DNA of 64,000 nt from Candidatus Bathyarchaeota archaeon (GCA_963717465.1 OY970340.1:1952001-2016000), one strand, 5' to 3'. Positions 10,136-20,796 are shown, counted from the stretch's first letter. A program made the numbers and translations. Notes: a model not told the origin generated them from the letters alone.

Positions 10136-10386
10136 AATATCATCGGACAAAAGCTTGCTTCTGACTACTTGACCGAACACTAAACGTTTCACTTTCGCTT
10201 AAAACTGCTCATGATTTTTTGGCTTAATGGAAAATTTGGCAAAGATGAGATAACTACGTTTTTGCTTTTTAGACTCTCAACTTTCTTTTGAACCATTTTT
10301 CTTTTTATACTTAGATCAGATCACTAAAAGCAAGAAGGCTACTAGCCAGCTGCTTTTTATCAAAATATTCGCGGTGTGCATCATTT

Positions 10387-11583
10387 TTAGAGCAAAGAGG
10401 TAAGTCCAAGTATTCCACATGCAACTATGATGAGAGCAGCTGCCCAGTAAGCGATTTTTTCATTCTTTTTGTATTGAAGTCCATTCATGACGTCGCTTCG
10501 GCCTACAAGCTTGCCCAAGAAGTACAAGGAAGGTATAATGACTATTGGAAAGATGAACATCATGCTAAGCATCAGTTGAATGTAGCCGCTAATAGTTCCT
10601 ACTAAAATGACGGCTGGAACACTTTCTAAAGCATAAATTGTTAAGAAACTTTTTCTTGAATTTTGTTGCCCTGCGGCTTCGAGAACTCCCCACACTGAGC
10701 CGAGTGATACTACTATAAGGGCTAGAAATCCTGCGAAGATAAAAATCAATCCGATTATCAGTGAGGCATAGTTGCCAAAAACTGGCAGTATTTTTGGAAG
10801 GTCTCCGATGCTGATTATGCTGCTTCCACTCCACACGTTTAAGCCGACTATAACAGTTATGATCATGAGGATTTCTGAAACTACTGCTCCAATTAACGTT
10901 TCGATTCGTTCATTTTTCAAGTCGCTGACTTGTTTGTGTTTTCTGGAGTCTGCGCCTGAGTGGAAATACAGCATCCAGGGCATCACGACTGCGCCTACAC
11001 CGGCTGCCAGTAGGTAGGCATAAGATGGGTTGCCGTAGGGTTGTATGGGTGAAAGGCCTGTGAAAATAAACGCGTTCGCGTCTAAGTGGAAGACCAATAT
11101 GGAGCTGACTATTGCTATTACTAGCAAGAAGCTTAATGGTATAAGCACTTTTTCTGCTTGTCTATACTGTCTGCCCACTACGATTGACGTGTGAATTGCG
11201 AACGCAATCATTAATCCTAAAATTACAGGAAATCCTATGAGGCTTAGACCTATTGCTATGCCTGCATACTCGGCGATGTACTCCAAAAAATCGCTTACAC
11301 CCATTGGGATTGCAGCTGTTATTGCTGCTCGTTTTCCGAAGTTTTTTCTGATTTGTTGTCCTAGTCCTCCGCCTGAAGCTATCCCCAGGCGTCCTGCGGC
11401 GTCTTGGATGATGAAAAGTGGGAAAATGAGTATTATGAATATGGAGATCATGTGGTAACCCCACGTTGCGCCAGATTGGAGGCCAGTTATGACTGAGGCT
11501 ACATCTACGTCTGCTATCATAACGATCCATGCTGGACCGAAATTTCTTAGCCAATCAGCCATTTTCTGGTTCATTCTCTTCAC
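10387..11583 (-). CDS. NRAMP-family divalent metal transporter
   Basis: GPAWIVMIADVD, GAVVMPWMLYFHS, about 11 TM segments. Confidence 0.88.
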   Translation of the reverse strand: MKRMNQKMADWLRNFGPAWIVMIADVDVASVITGLQSGATWGYHMISIFIILIFPLFIIQDAAGRLGIASGGGLGQQIRKNFGKRAAITAAIPMGVSDFLEYIAEYAGIAIGLSLIGFPVILGLMIAFAIHTSIVVGRQYRQAEKVLIPLSFLLVIAIVSSILVFHLDANAFIFTGLSPIQPYGNPSYAYLLAAGVGAVVMPWMLYFHSGADSRKHKQVSDLKNERIETLIGAVVSEILMIITVIVGLNVWSGSSIISIGDLPKILPVFGNYASLIIGLIFIFAGFLALIVVSLGSVWGVLEAAGQQNSRKSFLTIYALESVPAVILVGTISGYIQLMLSMMFIFPIVIIPSLYFLGKLVGRSDVMNGLQYKKNEKIAYWAAALIIVACGILGLTSLL

Positions 11584-11584
11584 A

Positions 11585-11638
11585 CTTAGGTTTACCTAAG
11601 TTAGTTACTAAGAATATTAACATTTAGGCTAACCTAAA
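11585..11638. promoter_or_regulatory. Two DtxR/MntR-type operators around the NRAMP promoter
   Basis: CTTAGGTTTACCTAAG (11585-11600) and TTTAGGCTAACCTAAA (11623-11638) flanking minus-strand TTAATATT. Confidence 0.8.
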
Positions 11639-11779
11639 CTATTTTCATCATCAAAAATCCAAAACCGAAGAAAAAACAAAACGATATCACTAGAATCCTC
11701 AATAACAATAAAAAAATCAATTTATTAATATGCAAATTTATAAGACAAGACGAGAATCTAAGAATAGGTAGCTATAATC

Positions 11780-12193
11780 GTGTCAACAGCCGAAACAGTT
11801 GAAGAATACTTAGAGACGCTCTTAATCTCAGAGGAACAAGGACAGAAGCTTGCTCGCCTAAAATGGGTAGCGAACCATTTGGGGATAGCGGCCCCAAGCG
11901 CATTTGAAATGCTCAAAAAACTAGAAAAAGAAAAACTCGTCATATACAAGACAAGAAAAGGAATCGAACTTACCCCTAAAGGAAGAGAAATAGCCAAACG
12001 AATTATCCGCGCCCACAGGTTAACTGAAGTATTAATGAGCCAAACCTTGAAAATAGACATTCAAGAAGAAACTGTCTGCGGAATGGAACACCACCTGGAT
12101 GAAAAATTTATGGATGCCCTTTGTATGTTATTAAATCATCCAAGAAAATGTCCACACGGAAAACCGATACCTAAAGGCAAGTGCTGCCCATAG
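11780..12193 (+). CDS. DtxR/MntR-family metal-dependent repressor
   Basis: EEYLE, HRLTE, CGMEHHL, CPHGKPIP. Confidence 0.92.
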   Translation: MSTAETVEEYLETLLISEEQGQKLARLKWVANHLGIAAPSAFEMLKKLEKEKLVIYKTRKGIELTPKGREIAKRIIRAHRLTEVLMSQTLKIDIQEETVCGMEHHLDEKFMDALCMLLNHPRKCPHGKPIPKGKCCP

Positions 12194-12437
12194 TTTAACA
12201 TCCGCTTGGCATAGACAACATCTGAAGAATGGCTAATATGCACTTACTTGTAAAAAGGGTGAGTATTCGATAGGTTTTTGCATCTCATAATCGATTTTCT
12301 GAAAATTTGCTTTTACTTTTTAAAAATATAACATGTATTATTGGTTAAGTATGTCTACTCCATGAAAATAACGAAATTGGGAGAAAATTTAAAAGATACC
12401 TAGACACCGTTAAAAGAATAAAACTTGGTGTATTAAC

Positions 12438-13544
12438 TTGTATTGCCAAAATTGTGGTGCTCAGATCCCAGATCAAGCTGAATTTTGTGCTAAGTGCGGA
12501 AAAAGCACTGGGGTAAACGCGGCTAAGTCCAATCAGACTTCTAATGTTCCTAATTCTCCTGTAATTGCTCCTTCAGGGGTAACTTCCTTAAAGTGCCCTA
12601 GTTGCGGGGCGCCTATCGCGCCTAAGTTTGGCGAACTGGTCATTACCTGCAGTTATTGCGGCAGTGGCGTCACTCTTGGAGATCAAGGGTGGACTAATAT
12701 ACAGAAGCAGACAATGCTTTCTTTGAAGGTTGTCACCGTTGATCAAGCGAAGGCAATTATTAAGCCTTTGATTAATAATGGTTTTCTGCACAGGCATCGT
12801 TTTGAGGATTCCAATCAAGAGGAAATGAGCCTTACTTACGTGCCTTACTGGATTGTGAGCGTTTCTGCCCGCACAAGCATTGTTGTGGCGAATCAAGCTG
12901 CACAAATTGCACAAACTGCTACCGCGGCTGCTTTGATGGGTGTAATTCTCGGTGGTATGGGAGGTGGCGGTGGAGGCGGTGGCGGAGGTAGAAGAGGTGG
13001 ACGCGGCGGAGGTGGGCGCAGACGCTTTTTTGAACCTGGAACAAGCAACCCTTTAGAAGTAATCAACGCCTTTGAGGGTGTTCTTGGGTTAAAGCGGATA
13101 AGAATAATGGCTTACGGTATGGGAATGGGAATGGGTCGCGGAGGAGCAAAGGGAAATGCCCAACAGATGGACGAGAACTATAACTTTCCAGTGATTGCGC
13201 TAAAGGCCTATCCAGATTATCAGCCTCGTGACTATCAATTCAACCTCGCTGGCAGAGAACTTTTTGACATTTCAAAGTTACCCAAAGACGTTAAAATTCT
13301 AAATGGCGACGTCAGCGAAGAGGGTGCCAAAGCCCAAGCAAAAACTTTGGTTGATCAGCTTCAATCGCAAAAAGCACATGCCAAATATCAAGAGATTCAA
13401 TCCATAAAAACTGAATGCGAAATTGGAGATGTGGAGTTACTTCACGCGCCGATATGGTTCACAAAATTCGATAACAAAGGCAAAAAAATCGTGTTAGTAA
13501 TTGATGCTAACGCTGGCAGAGTAATCACTGCCAGTGGTCTATAA
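12438..13544 (+). CDS. Zinc-ribbon protein with Gly/Arg-rich insert
   Basis: Two CxxC..CxxC ribbons, YVPYW and APIW motifs, GGGRRGGRGG tract. Confidence 0.75.
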   Translation: MYCQNCGAQIPDQAEFCAKCGKSTGVNAAKSNQTSNVPNSPVIAPSGVTSLKCPSCGAPIAPKFGELVITCSYCGSGVTLGDQGWTNIQKQTMLSLKVVTVDQAKAIIKPLINNGFLHRHRFEDSNQEEMSLTYVPYWIVSVSARTSIVVANQAAQIAQTATAAALMGVILGGMGGGGGGGGGGRRGGRGGGGRRRFFEPGTSNPLEVINAFEGVLGLKRIRIMAYGMGMGMGRGGAKGNAQQMDENYNFPVIALKAYPDYQPRDYQFNLAGRELFDISKLPKDVKILNGDVSEEGAKAQAKTLVDQLQSQKAHAKYQEIQSIKTECEIGDVELLHAPIWFTKFDNKGKKIVLVIDANAGRVITASGL

Positions 13545-13673
13545 ACTGATGTTTTGCGATCAATAATCTACATTTTTCTTTGCAGTGCGTTTACGCACCT
13601 TTTCAAACTAGCGACCAAAGGTTCCATAAAAGGAAGAAGTAACTTTTTTTGACTGTATGACTAAAGGGTGACG

Positions 13674-14561
13674 TTAAGTCTTCATCGAGTTTGGATGTAT
13701 TTGATTGGGTTGCCAGATGGCGAGTTCTTCTTTCAAGGTTCTTGTAATCTCCTTATCCATCACAGATGCCGTTTCTTTACCATCTATTCCATAATTTTCG
13801 ATTGAAGCGAAAAGTTGTTCGATTATTTTTTTGTGAATTTCGCTTGGAATGTTTGGTTGCCAGCAGAACGGTCCATGTTGAAACCTTGTCATAAGATCTT
13901 TTAATTTTGTTGTAACAACTTCATTACTTACCTCTACAATTTTCGATGGGGGCAGTTTAGATCGGATTTCGATTTCATTCTGCCACATTCGTTTATTACG
14001 CCTGATTGGGTAACCGTTCTGTTCTCTCAACTGAGCGTATCGTGTCCATAGCTCTGAAACTGTTTGAGATGAGCCGCCTGAAACGTTAAATTCGCTGTTC
14101 CATTCTCCCTGCCTGTTACTTAGCAATGCTGCCACTTTATTGGTGGTTACTCGTCCCATCTCCTCTATGACGCCTAGCCAATCTGGCAGAAGATGCAGGA
14201 CATGAATGATTATTGAAGCGTCAAATGATCCATCCTTGAATGGCATGGCGTGAGCGTCAGCCAATACGAGATTGCGGAATCCCTTCTGTTTTGCCTTTAA
14301 CACCATTTTGTGCGAGAGGTCTATTCCAATAATTTGAAATCCACGGTCCGAAAGTGGTTTAGCGAATCTGCCTGTTCCAACCCCAACATCGAGAATTGTG
14401 CGGCATTCTTTGAGCTCAATTGAGATTGCGTTCAGTTCGGCTTCTGTAGCCGCATGCCTAGTTGAGTCATAAATTTCGGATATATCATCAAACTCTTCAC
14501 CAATTGTTACAGGCTTGCCCTCATTTAAGGCGGGCCTGTTATTGCAATTATCGAATGACGT
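13674..14561 (-). CDS. Class I SAM-dependent methyltransferase (type 11), apparent ACG start
   Basis: Frame stays open 85 codons upstream of the called ATG and contains ILDVGVGTGRF; begins AGGTGG-ATAA-ACG at 14561. Confidence 0.75.
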   Translation of the reverse strand, partial: TSFDNCNNRPALNEGKPVTIGEEFDDISEIYDSTRHAATEAELNAISIELKECRTILDVGVGTGRFAKPLSDRGFQIIGIDLSHKMVLKAKQKGFRNLVLADAHAMPFKDGSFDASIIIHVLHLLPDWLGVIEEMGRVTTNKVAALLSNRQGEWNSEFNVSGGSSQTVSELWTRYAQLREQNGYPIRRNKRMWQNEIEIRSKLPPSKIVEVSNEVVTTKLKDLMTRFQHGPFCWQPNIPSEIHKKIIEQLFASIENYGIDGKETASVMDKEITRTLKEELAIWQPNQIHPNSMKT

Positions 14562-14743
14562 TTATCCACCTAAATTTAAGAAACTTTGAAAGACCTTAAT
14601 AACCTTTAAAGGTAAAACTGCGAAAGCAAAATAACACGTTGCTTAGAAAAATCAGCGATGACAGAAATTGTAAGAGAAAACCGTGATGCTTTTCAAGTAG
14701 CCAATCGCCTAAACGATTAGTCAATAAAAAGAAAAAAGGTAAG

Positions 14744-16120
14744 TTACTGTGGAAAGGATGGGTAATTCTGGTACTGCTTCGGTTTGCGGGTAATTCTAAC
14801 TATAACGAATATTAATACGCCTACCACGATGATTACAATTGCAGCTATAATAATAATGCCTTCCAAGGAGCTCCAACTGAATCCTGAACTAGTTGAAGTG
14901 TTTCCATTACTATCTGTTTTTACTAGGTAAAAGTCCCAGCCGCCAGCTCCAGTTGCGTCAGTATAGCCTGCTATCGCGTAGCCGCCGTCGCTTGTTTGAA
15001 CCAAGGAGGTAGCATAACTGTCCCCAGCCTCATACTGTTGGCTCCACGTTAAGTCACCATTAGCGTTCGTCTTTACCAACCAAAAAGCTTCACCTGAGCC
15101 TGAACTGGTGTCTATAGACCCAGCAATCGCGTAGCCGCCGTCGCTTGTTTGAACCAACGAGCTGGCTTCACTGTCACCGCCGCCATCGTAGGTTTGGTTC
15201 CATTGTTGATTGCCGTTTGCATCAGTTTTTACGAGAAAGAAATTATTGTAATCATCGGTGAAAGAATACGAGTAACCAGCTAACGCATAGCCGCCATCAC
15301 TGGTTTGAATAAGCGAGTATGCAACATCATCTCCAGCATAACCGTACGTTTGGTTCCACAGCTCCACTCCATTTGAGTCTACATTCATTAAGAAAAAGTC
15401 CAAGCCGCCATTTCCTGCCGTGTCAGTGGTTCCAGCTACCACGTAGCCTCCATCGCTTGTTTGAATAATTGCGTTTGCCTCGGTGTCACCAGGTCCACCG
15501 TAAGTTTGGCTCCATTCCTGAGTGCCATTTGAATAAGTTTTGACAAGTAAGATCTGGCGTCCGCCATTTTCAGTTGTGTAGCCTGCCAAGATGTATCCGC
15601 TATCATTTGTTTGTGCAAGAGCATAAGCTTCATTGTCTCCTGTTCCACCATAGCTTTGAGCCCACTGCTCGTTTCCGCTTGAATCGGTCTTTACAAGATA
15701 GAAATCGTAAACGCCAGGTCCAGTTGAATCAGTAAATCCAGCTAATGCGTAGCCGCCATCATTAGTCTGTACCAGAGCGTATGCTTCAGTGTCACCTGAG
15801 CTGTCGCCTTGGTTTCCGTACGTTTGAGTCCAGTTTTGGCTACCTGAACTCGTCGTCGTAACTAACCAAAAATTGTATGCACCGTTGCCGTACGATGCAG
15901 TCCAACCAGCTATTGCATAACCATCACTTGTTTGAATCATAGCGTTTGCTTTGTCATCACTTGAGCCTCCATAAGTTTGACTAAAAGTTGTAACTGAAGC
16001 TGCATGAACTAAACCGCCTAATCCGCCAACAATGCAAGTAAGCACAATTATAATTATCAGCAAAGTTGACCACATAACCGATTTTCCTATTTTCACCTTC
16101 ATATTTATCTCCTCGAACAA
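14744..16120 (-). CDS. Membrane-anchored surface beta-propeller repeat protein
   Basis: Signal peptide, about 7-8 (W.QTYGG..QTSDGGYAIAG..F.LVKTD) repeats, C-terminal TM. Confidence 0.85.
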   Translation of the reverse strand: MFEEINMKVKIGKSVMWSTLLIIIIVLTCIVGGLGGLVHAASVTTFSQTYGGSSDDKANAMIQTSDGYAIAGWTASYGNGAYNFWLVTTTSSGSQNWTQTYGNQGDSSGDTEAYALVQTNDGGYALAGFTDSTGPGVYDFYLVKTDSSGNEQWAQSYGGTGDNEAYALAQTNDSGYILAGYTTENGGRQILLVKTYSNGTQEWSQTYGGPGDTEANAIIQTSDGGYVVAGTTDTAGNGGLDFFLMNVDSNGVELWNQTYGYAGDDVAYSLIQTSDGGYALAGYSYSFTDDYNNFFLVKTDANGNQQWNQTYDGGGDSEASSLVQTSDGGYAIAGSIDTSSGSGEAFWLVKTNANGDLTWSQQYEAGDSYATSLVQTSDGGYAIAGYTDATGAGGWDFYLVKTDSNGNTSTSSGFSWSSLEGIIIIAAIVIIVVGVLIFVIVRITRKPKQYQNYPSFPQ

Positions 16121-16288
16121 TAGTTACCTATGAATATGTTAAGGCTAACATTTTGTAAAAGTCACTCTTAAAAATTTTTGCCCAAATTCCCCAATTTCAT
16201 GAACATCAATAGGTAGCAGTCAAATCCTAAACAAACGAAACTAAAGAAAATAAGTCATTATAAGATAAAAGGCTACAAAGTTGATTTT

Positions 16289-16459
16289 TCATTGAAGCAC
16301 ATATATGCTTCCAATTTCAGCTAATGCTCTTATTACTTCAACGCGTGCTTCTAATTTTTGTGATGAATTATATATTTTCGTTAAGCCGTTAACATCAGCT
16401 TTAATTTTCAAAGCTTTAATTCTGTCAGAATCCGCTTTTCTGGAACTGAAAAATGGAAA
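16289..16459 (-). pseudogene. Possible HEAT-repeat gene fragment
   Basis: Frame reads PFFSSRKADSDRIKALKIKADVNGLTKIY..ARVEVIRALAEIG with no canonical start at its 5' end. Confidence 0.35.
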
Positions 16460-16748
16460 ATAGCCCTCGCTTGGCTTCGCCTATAAATCTCACTAATCGC
16501 TATATTTAGAATTCATTCCACAATAATGCAATGAAAAATTCGTGAAATTGTCAAGTACTTTTCCGGATTCTTGAAACAAAAGCTTTTTTGCCTTTTTAGA
16601 ACTATTTTATCGCCTTGGTGACTTTCCATTTCTTGGCTGCCGTATTGCATAGCTATTATTTTTGAATACCTCTTTTCCCATTTTCTATTATTTGGTCTCA
16701 TGAGAACATTTATGGGATAGTTTTCTACTTGTATCACAGTACCTACTG

Positions 16749-17309
16749 ATGAATGGCTTTTTGCATAAAAAAATAAAGTACCCAAAATTAATGCTGTTCA
16801 TAATAACCGTCGTTGCAGTTTACTTTCTTTTTTCTGGCTTATTATACGAGCCTTTACATGAAACCCTTCTATTTTTAGGGTATTTTGGGACTTTTCTCGC
16901 CGGTTTACTCTACCCTTATGCATTTACTTCTGCAGCGGGTACTGCGATATTACTTATTCTTGCAAAAGGGCAAAACTTGCTCTTAGCAGGAGTTATAGCT
17001 GGATTTGGCGCTTTTATAAGTGATATCGTTATCTTCTTTTTTGTGAAACGTGGCTTTGGCGACGAGGTCGAAAAATTGTCAAAAGAGCCAGCTGTTCAAG
17101 CTGTCAGCAGACGGATACCTGATTCTGTTAGAACGTATTTATTTGGGACGCTTGCTTGCTTTTTCATTGCATCTCCTCTTCCGACTGAAATCGGCGTCAT
17201 GATGATGACCTCAATGAGAAATATGTCCACTAGAAAATTTGCAGTCATAGTAGATATTTTACATTTAAGCGCAATCTTCATAATTCTTTTAATCGGCAAA
17301 ACTATATAA
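16749..17309 (+). CDS. Multi-pass membrane protein
   Basis: Several TM helices; IASPLPTEIG motif. Confidence 0.7.
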   Translation: MNGFLHKKIKYPKLMLFIITVVAVYFLFSGLLYEPLHETLLFLGYFGTFLAGLLYPYAFTSAAGTAILLILAKGQNLLLAGVIAGFGAFISDIVIFFFVKRGFGDEVEKLSKEPAVQAVSRRIPDSVRTYLFGTLACFFIASPLPTEIGVMMMTSMRNMSTRKFAVIVDILHLSAIFIILLIGKTI

Positions 17310-17614
17310 TTCAATTCTTTGATTTCTGCAATTTCTTGAAAACTGGCTAAAAAAGCAAAAAGAGCCTACGTTCATTAAGTCAAAAAAGCCTCTTGCAGGT
17401 TTTCAATCGTGCATTTACGCCTTTATCCCTTACTAAGCAGGCAAGCAACCGTACTAACTTAGTGGTCTACTAAAACACCTATAACCTAAGAAGCGAGAGG
17501 ACAAGCTTACCGCAAAGCATAATTTGTACGAGAAAAATTATTGCTGGAAATTCACGCTTTAAATATCAGCTTACTCAATTGCACCTGTATTTGGATTAAG
17601 ATGGATGGAAAATT

Positions 17615-18196
17615 ATGCCTTCGCTTGACCTTTTCCCACTGCTTGCCTCTTTTGTTGTTGTGGCCTTGGCAGAGTTTGGGGACAAAACTCAGATTGCGAT
17701 TGTAAGTCTGAGTGCCAAGCATAGCCCAAAATCCGTCTTCATAGGCGGAATTCTTGCATTTGCTATTATCGATGGAGTTCTAGCTTTAATCGGCGGGTCA
17801 ATTGCCTCTTATTTCCCCTTAAGATGGATTGACATTGCAAGCGGCATTTTATTCCTGATAATCGGAGCCTACACTCTTTTTTCAAAAAGAGAACTCACTG
17901 TCAAAATTAAAGAACATTCAAGTGCTGTTGCAACATCCTTCTTGCTTGTCGCAACACTAGAGTTCGGAGACAAAACCCAAATCGCTGTCATAACGTTAGC
18001 GGCACAATACAACGCCCCGCTTCAAGTATTCGTCGGTGTAATGCTCGCTTTTATCTTACTTACTGGTCTTGGAGCAGCTTTCGGCAGTGTTATTAGTCGA
18101 TACGTTTCTGAAAAGTACATAAAAATCGCTTCAGGATTGCTCTTTTTGCTTTTCGGTGTACTTTTCTTGCTGGAAGCAACCTTGACTTTCCTCTAA
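17615..18196 (+). CDS. TMEM165/GDT1 (UPF0016) Mn/Ca transporter
   Basis: Two EFGDKTQ motifs. Confidence 0.93.
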   Translation: MPSLDLFPLLASFVVVALAEFGDKTQIAIVSLSAKHSPKSVFIGGILAFAIIDGVLALIGGSIASYFPLRWIDIASGILFLIIGAYTLFSKRELTVKIKEHSSAVATSFLLVATLEFGDKTQIAVITLAAQYNAPLQVFVGVMLAFILLTGLGAAFGSVISRYVSEKYIKIASGLLFLLFGVLFLLEATLTFL

Positions 18197-18424
18197 AATG
18201 ATAATAACCCTGATTTTTCTTGATTTTGGCTCTTGTTTGATTCGCTTTGTTAAAACCGATTGAGGAACACTCCCAACAGTTTAAAGAGTTTATCTACAAT
18301 AATTGAATTAGCAATTAAGAGTTAACCTGATAGCCAATGAAGCGGAACCAAAGTAGGACGCAAGTACCCTTCTAAAGAATTCAATAATACCCCCGAAAAC
18401 GTAAAATTTTTATGTAGTGACTTC

Positions 18425-18877
18425 TTGTTTGTTAACAGTGAAAACTCTTTGCCAACTGTGAAAGATATCATGACAAAAAATGTAGTTACAATCGATATTA
18501 ACAAAAGTGTTCTCGAAGCAGCAGAGCTTATGACTGAAAAGGGCAAAGGCTGCTTAGTCATAACAGATGGCGATTCACCTGTGGGAATAGTCACTGAACG
18601 CGACGTTGTTAGGCGGCTCGTAGCAAAAAAGATGCCGCTTGACATTAAAGTCTCGGACATAATGACTAAGAATCTAGTCACGGTTAAACCTAATGCGTCG
18701 CTTAAGGAGGCGGCGCGTTTGATGTCGGGCAATAAGATAAGACGACTGCCTGTTTTAGAACAGAATAAACTAGTTGGAATAGTTGTTGCTTCAGATTTTG
18801 TGCGAAATGTTGGAAAGAAATCTTTATCGGAAGAAATCCTTGAAGCAATGGGCCGTTACTGGGATTTCCCCCAATAG
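18425..18877 (+). CDS. CBS domain pair protein
   Basis: VKDIMT..VGIVTERD..VSDIMT..RRLPV..LVGIV. Confidence 0.92.
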   Translation: MFVNSENSLPTVKDIMTKNVVTIDINKSVLEAAELMTEKGKGCLVITDGDSPVGIVTERDVVRRLVAKKMPLDIKVSDIMTKNLVTVKPNASLKEAARLMSGNKIRRLPVLEQNKLVGIVVASDFVRNVGKKSLSEEILEAMGRYWDFPQ

Positions 18878-19158
18878 AGGCTCGTTCTCTAAATAACTAC
18901 TGACAATCTACAATAAAGACAAACAGTACTTTTAACTTCGTAAAAAGATTAAAGCAAGAGAAATAGAGCCAAGCTATGTCCTTTTCGAAAGCTTAGCTTC
19001 TTGTGATTTACATGTCCGAGTTACTTTTGAGTTAGCCTGATTATTTTTTAGTTTTGAAAGCTTTCAACTTATCGACCAATATGGTTAATGATTTTTCAAG
19101 ATATAATATGGGGAAAAAGTTTTTTATGATGCGTCGCAACTGAAAAGTTAGAGCTAAA

Positions 19159-19443
19159 ATGAATAAAGCTGTTGCGTTTATGGGAAGTACCCATCGATGG
19201 AGATTTAGATTAAGTGTCAAGAAGAAAGTAGCTGTCGCGTTTAGTGTTGCCTTCGCCGGAATTTATTCGCTTTTCATAGCTAACGCCTTAACAACCCAGT
19301 GGGAGGGAGTAAGTACAAACTATATACTTACTATTAACATAGCGCCCTCATTAATCTGTGGAGCTATCATTGCATTGATGTATTATTCCTATGCTGACTA
19401 TCACCCTGACGCGAAAAAAACAAAAGAAATAAATAAAATATAG
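19159..19443 (+). CDS. Small membrane protein
   Basis: Two hydrophobic segments. Confidence 0.5.
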   Translation: MNKAVAFMGSTHRWRFRLSVKKKVAVAFSVAFAGIYSLFIANALTTQWEGVSTNYILTINIAPSLICGAIIALMYYSYADYHPDAKKTKEINKI

Positions 19444-19766
19444 GCTTCAAAACTGGCTCAAAAGACTTAAAAAAGAAAATTAAAATAGCGTTTAACCTCT
19501 TTTAGGTCTAAACGTACATAAGCGCACGTAATCGCTTAAACTTCAACTTATTTTTTATAGCATCCGCTAACCTTAATTTTGTTTATTGAAAAATAAAGAA
19601 AAGTAAGTTTTAGTCGAAAATTAAATAGCTTCTTAAGATGCTAGTTGACTTGCACGCGCGAATTTCGGAGGTTTAAGGGTGATATGCAACACGAACCGGA
19701 TTTGGCTTAAAGTGATTATCAATATAAGATAGCGCGCCGCGCTAGCCGTAATGAAGCTACCAACTA

Positions 19767-19862
19767 TCATCTATTTTTAAGACGATGATCAAAAATCCAT
19801 CCTGCAGCAATCAAGACAATAATGTACAAACTGCCGAACAAAATCAAATAATCAACATGCAT
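19767..19862 (-). CDS. 31-aa single-TM peptide (not in ORF track)
   Basis: MHVDYLILFGSLYIIVLIAAGWIFDHRLKNR; ATG 4 nt after the previous stop. Confidence 0.45.
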   Translation of the reverse strand: MHVDYLILFGSLYIIVLIAAGWIFDHRLKNR

Positions 19863-19866
19863 TTTC

Positions 19867-20313
19867 TTACTCAGCAGTGCCTATCAATAAAATTATGTTG
19901 CTAAAACTTGAAATGCCCGTGATATTGTCTGCGACAGTTAAAGTGACCGTCACATTCATAAATTGTCCTGCATTAAGAGAGCCATTTTCGAAACTCCAAC
20001 TACATGATAAATAGTTTGCTGCATTCGCGGGATTCCAAGTTGTTGAAGTTAGAGTACAAATTTCAGCTGTACATCCAGTGTTTTGAATGTAGAAGCAATA
20101 ACTTGTATTTTGCCCAGGAATAAGCGTACCCCATGCTATGCTAGTTAATTGCTGAGTGCAGTTCTGGTCAATAAAAGCGGCAAGGTTTATAGTTTCAATG
20201 TTGCCCTGCGAGGATATTTGATATTGACTTGTTAGCATGCCAACGCAAAGCGTAGTTAAGACTAAGAAACACAAGCAAATTGTGAATAGAGTTTTCTTAT
20301 TAATAATCATCAT
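19867..20313 (-). CDS. Small secreted or anchored beta-rich protein
   Basis: N-terminal signal/TM; IAWGTL.PG..YIQNTG..TLTV. Confidence 0.7.
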   Translation of the reverse strand: MMIINKKTLFTICLCFLVLTTLCVGMLTSQYQISSQGNIETINLAAFIDQNCTQQLTSIAWGTLIPGQNTSYCFYIQNTGCTAEICTLTSTTWNPANAANYLSCSWSFENGSLNAGQFMNVTVTLTVADNITGISSFSNIILLIGTAE

Positions 20314-20362
20314 GAAAAATGCCTTCTAAAATTGAAAAACTAAAAAAAAGAAAGGGAAAGTT

Positions 20363-20764
20363 TTAGGATGAAGCTGTCGTAGCTGCTGGTGTAGTTGTAG
20401 CCGTTGAAGTGGTTGCTGTTGTAGTTGATGGTGTTAGGGCTTTAGCGATGCGTGCAGCCTCTTCCTTCTGGAACCAACTAACCACTTTGCTGACAAAAGC
20501 CGCTACCAGTGAAGGCGTAATCAATGTTACCCAAGCTGACCCAGTGAACGCAGCGCCGATAAGTGCTACTACCTCAACGCCCATCGTTGTAGCAAATTTG
20601 CTTGAATCAAAAGTTTCACCGCTAGAACCATAACCCAATAGCGCCCAAGCGATAGTAATAATTATACTTCCGATGTACGGAGCCAAAGCTCCCATGTTTA
20701 TCGAAACAATCATACTCATTTGATTTTTCACCTCCAAAAAATTGCATGAACAATGTAAGTTCAT
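20363..20764 (-). CDS. Holin-like membrane protein (true start probably ~20720)
   Basis: 2-3 TM segments with GETFDSSKF loop, Thr/Ala tail, at the end of the tail module. Confidence 0.5.
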   Translation of the reverse strand: MNLHCSCNFLEVKNQMSMIVSINMGALAPYIGSIIITIAWALLGYGSSGETFDSSKFATTMGVEVVALIGAAFTGSAWVTLITPSLVAAFVSKVVSWFQKEEAARIAKALTPSTTTATTSTATTTPAATTASS

Positions 20765-20796
20765 GACTGCAAATTTGGACTAAAAAAAATGATGAT

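Noticed and set aside
19440..19770. attL/attR for the virion cluster
   Set aside because: No convincing direct repeat shared with 37800-38100 by eye, and no tRNA at either border.
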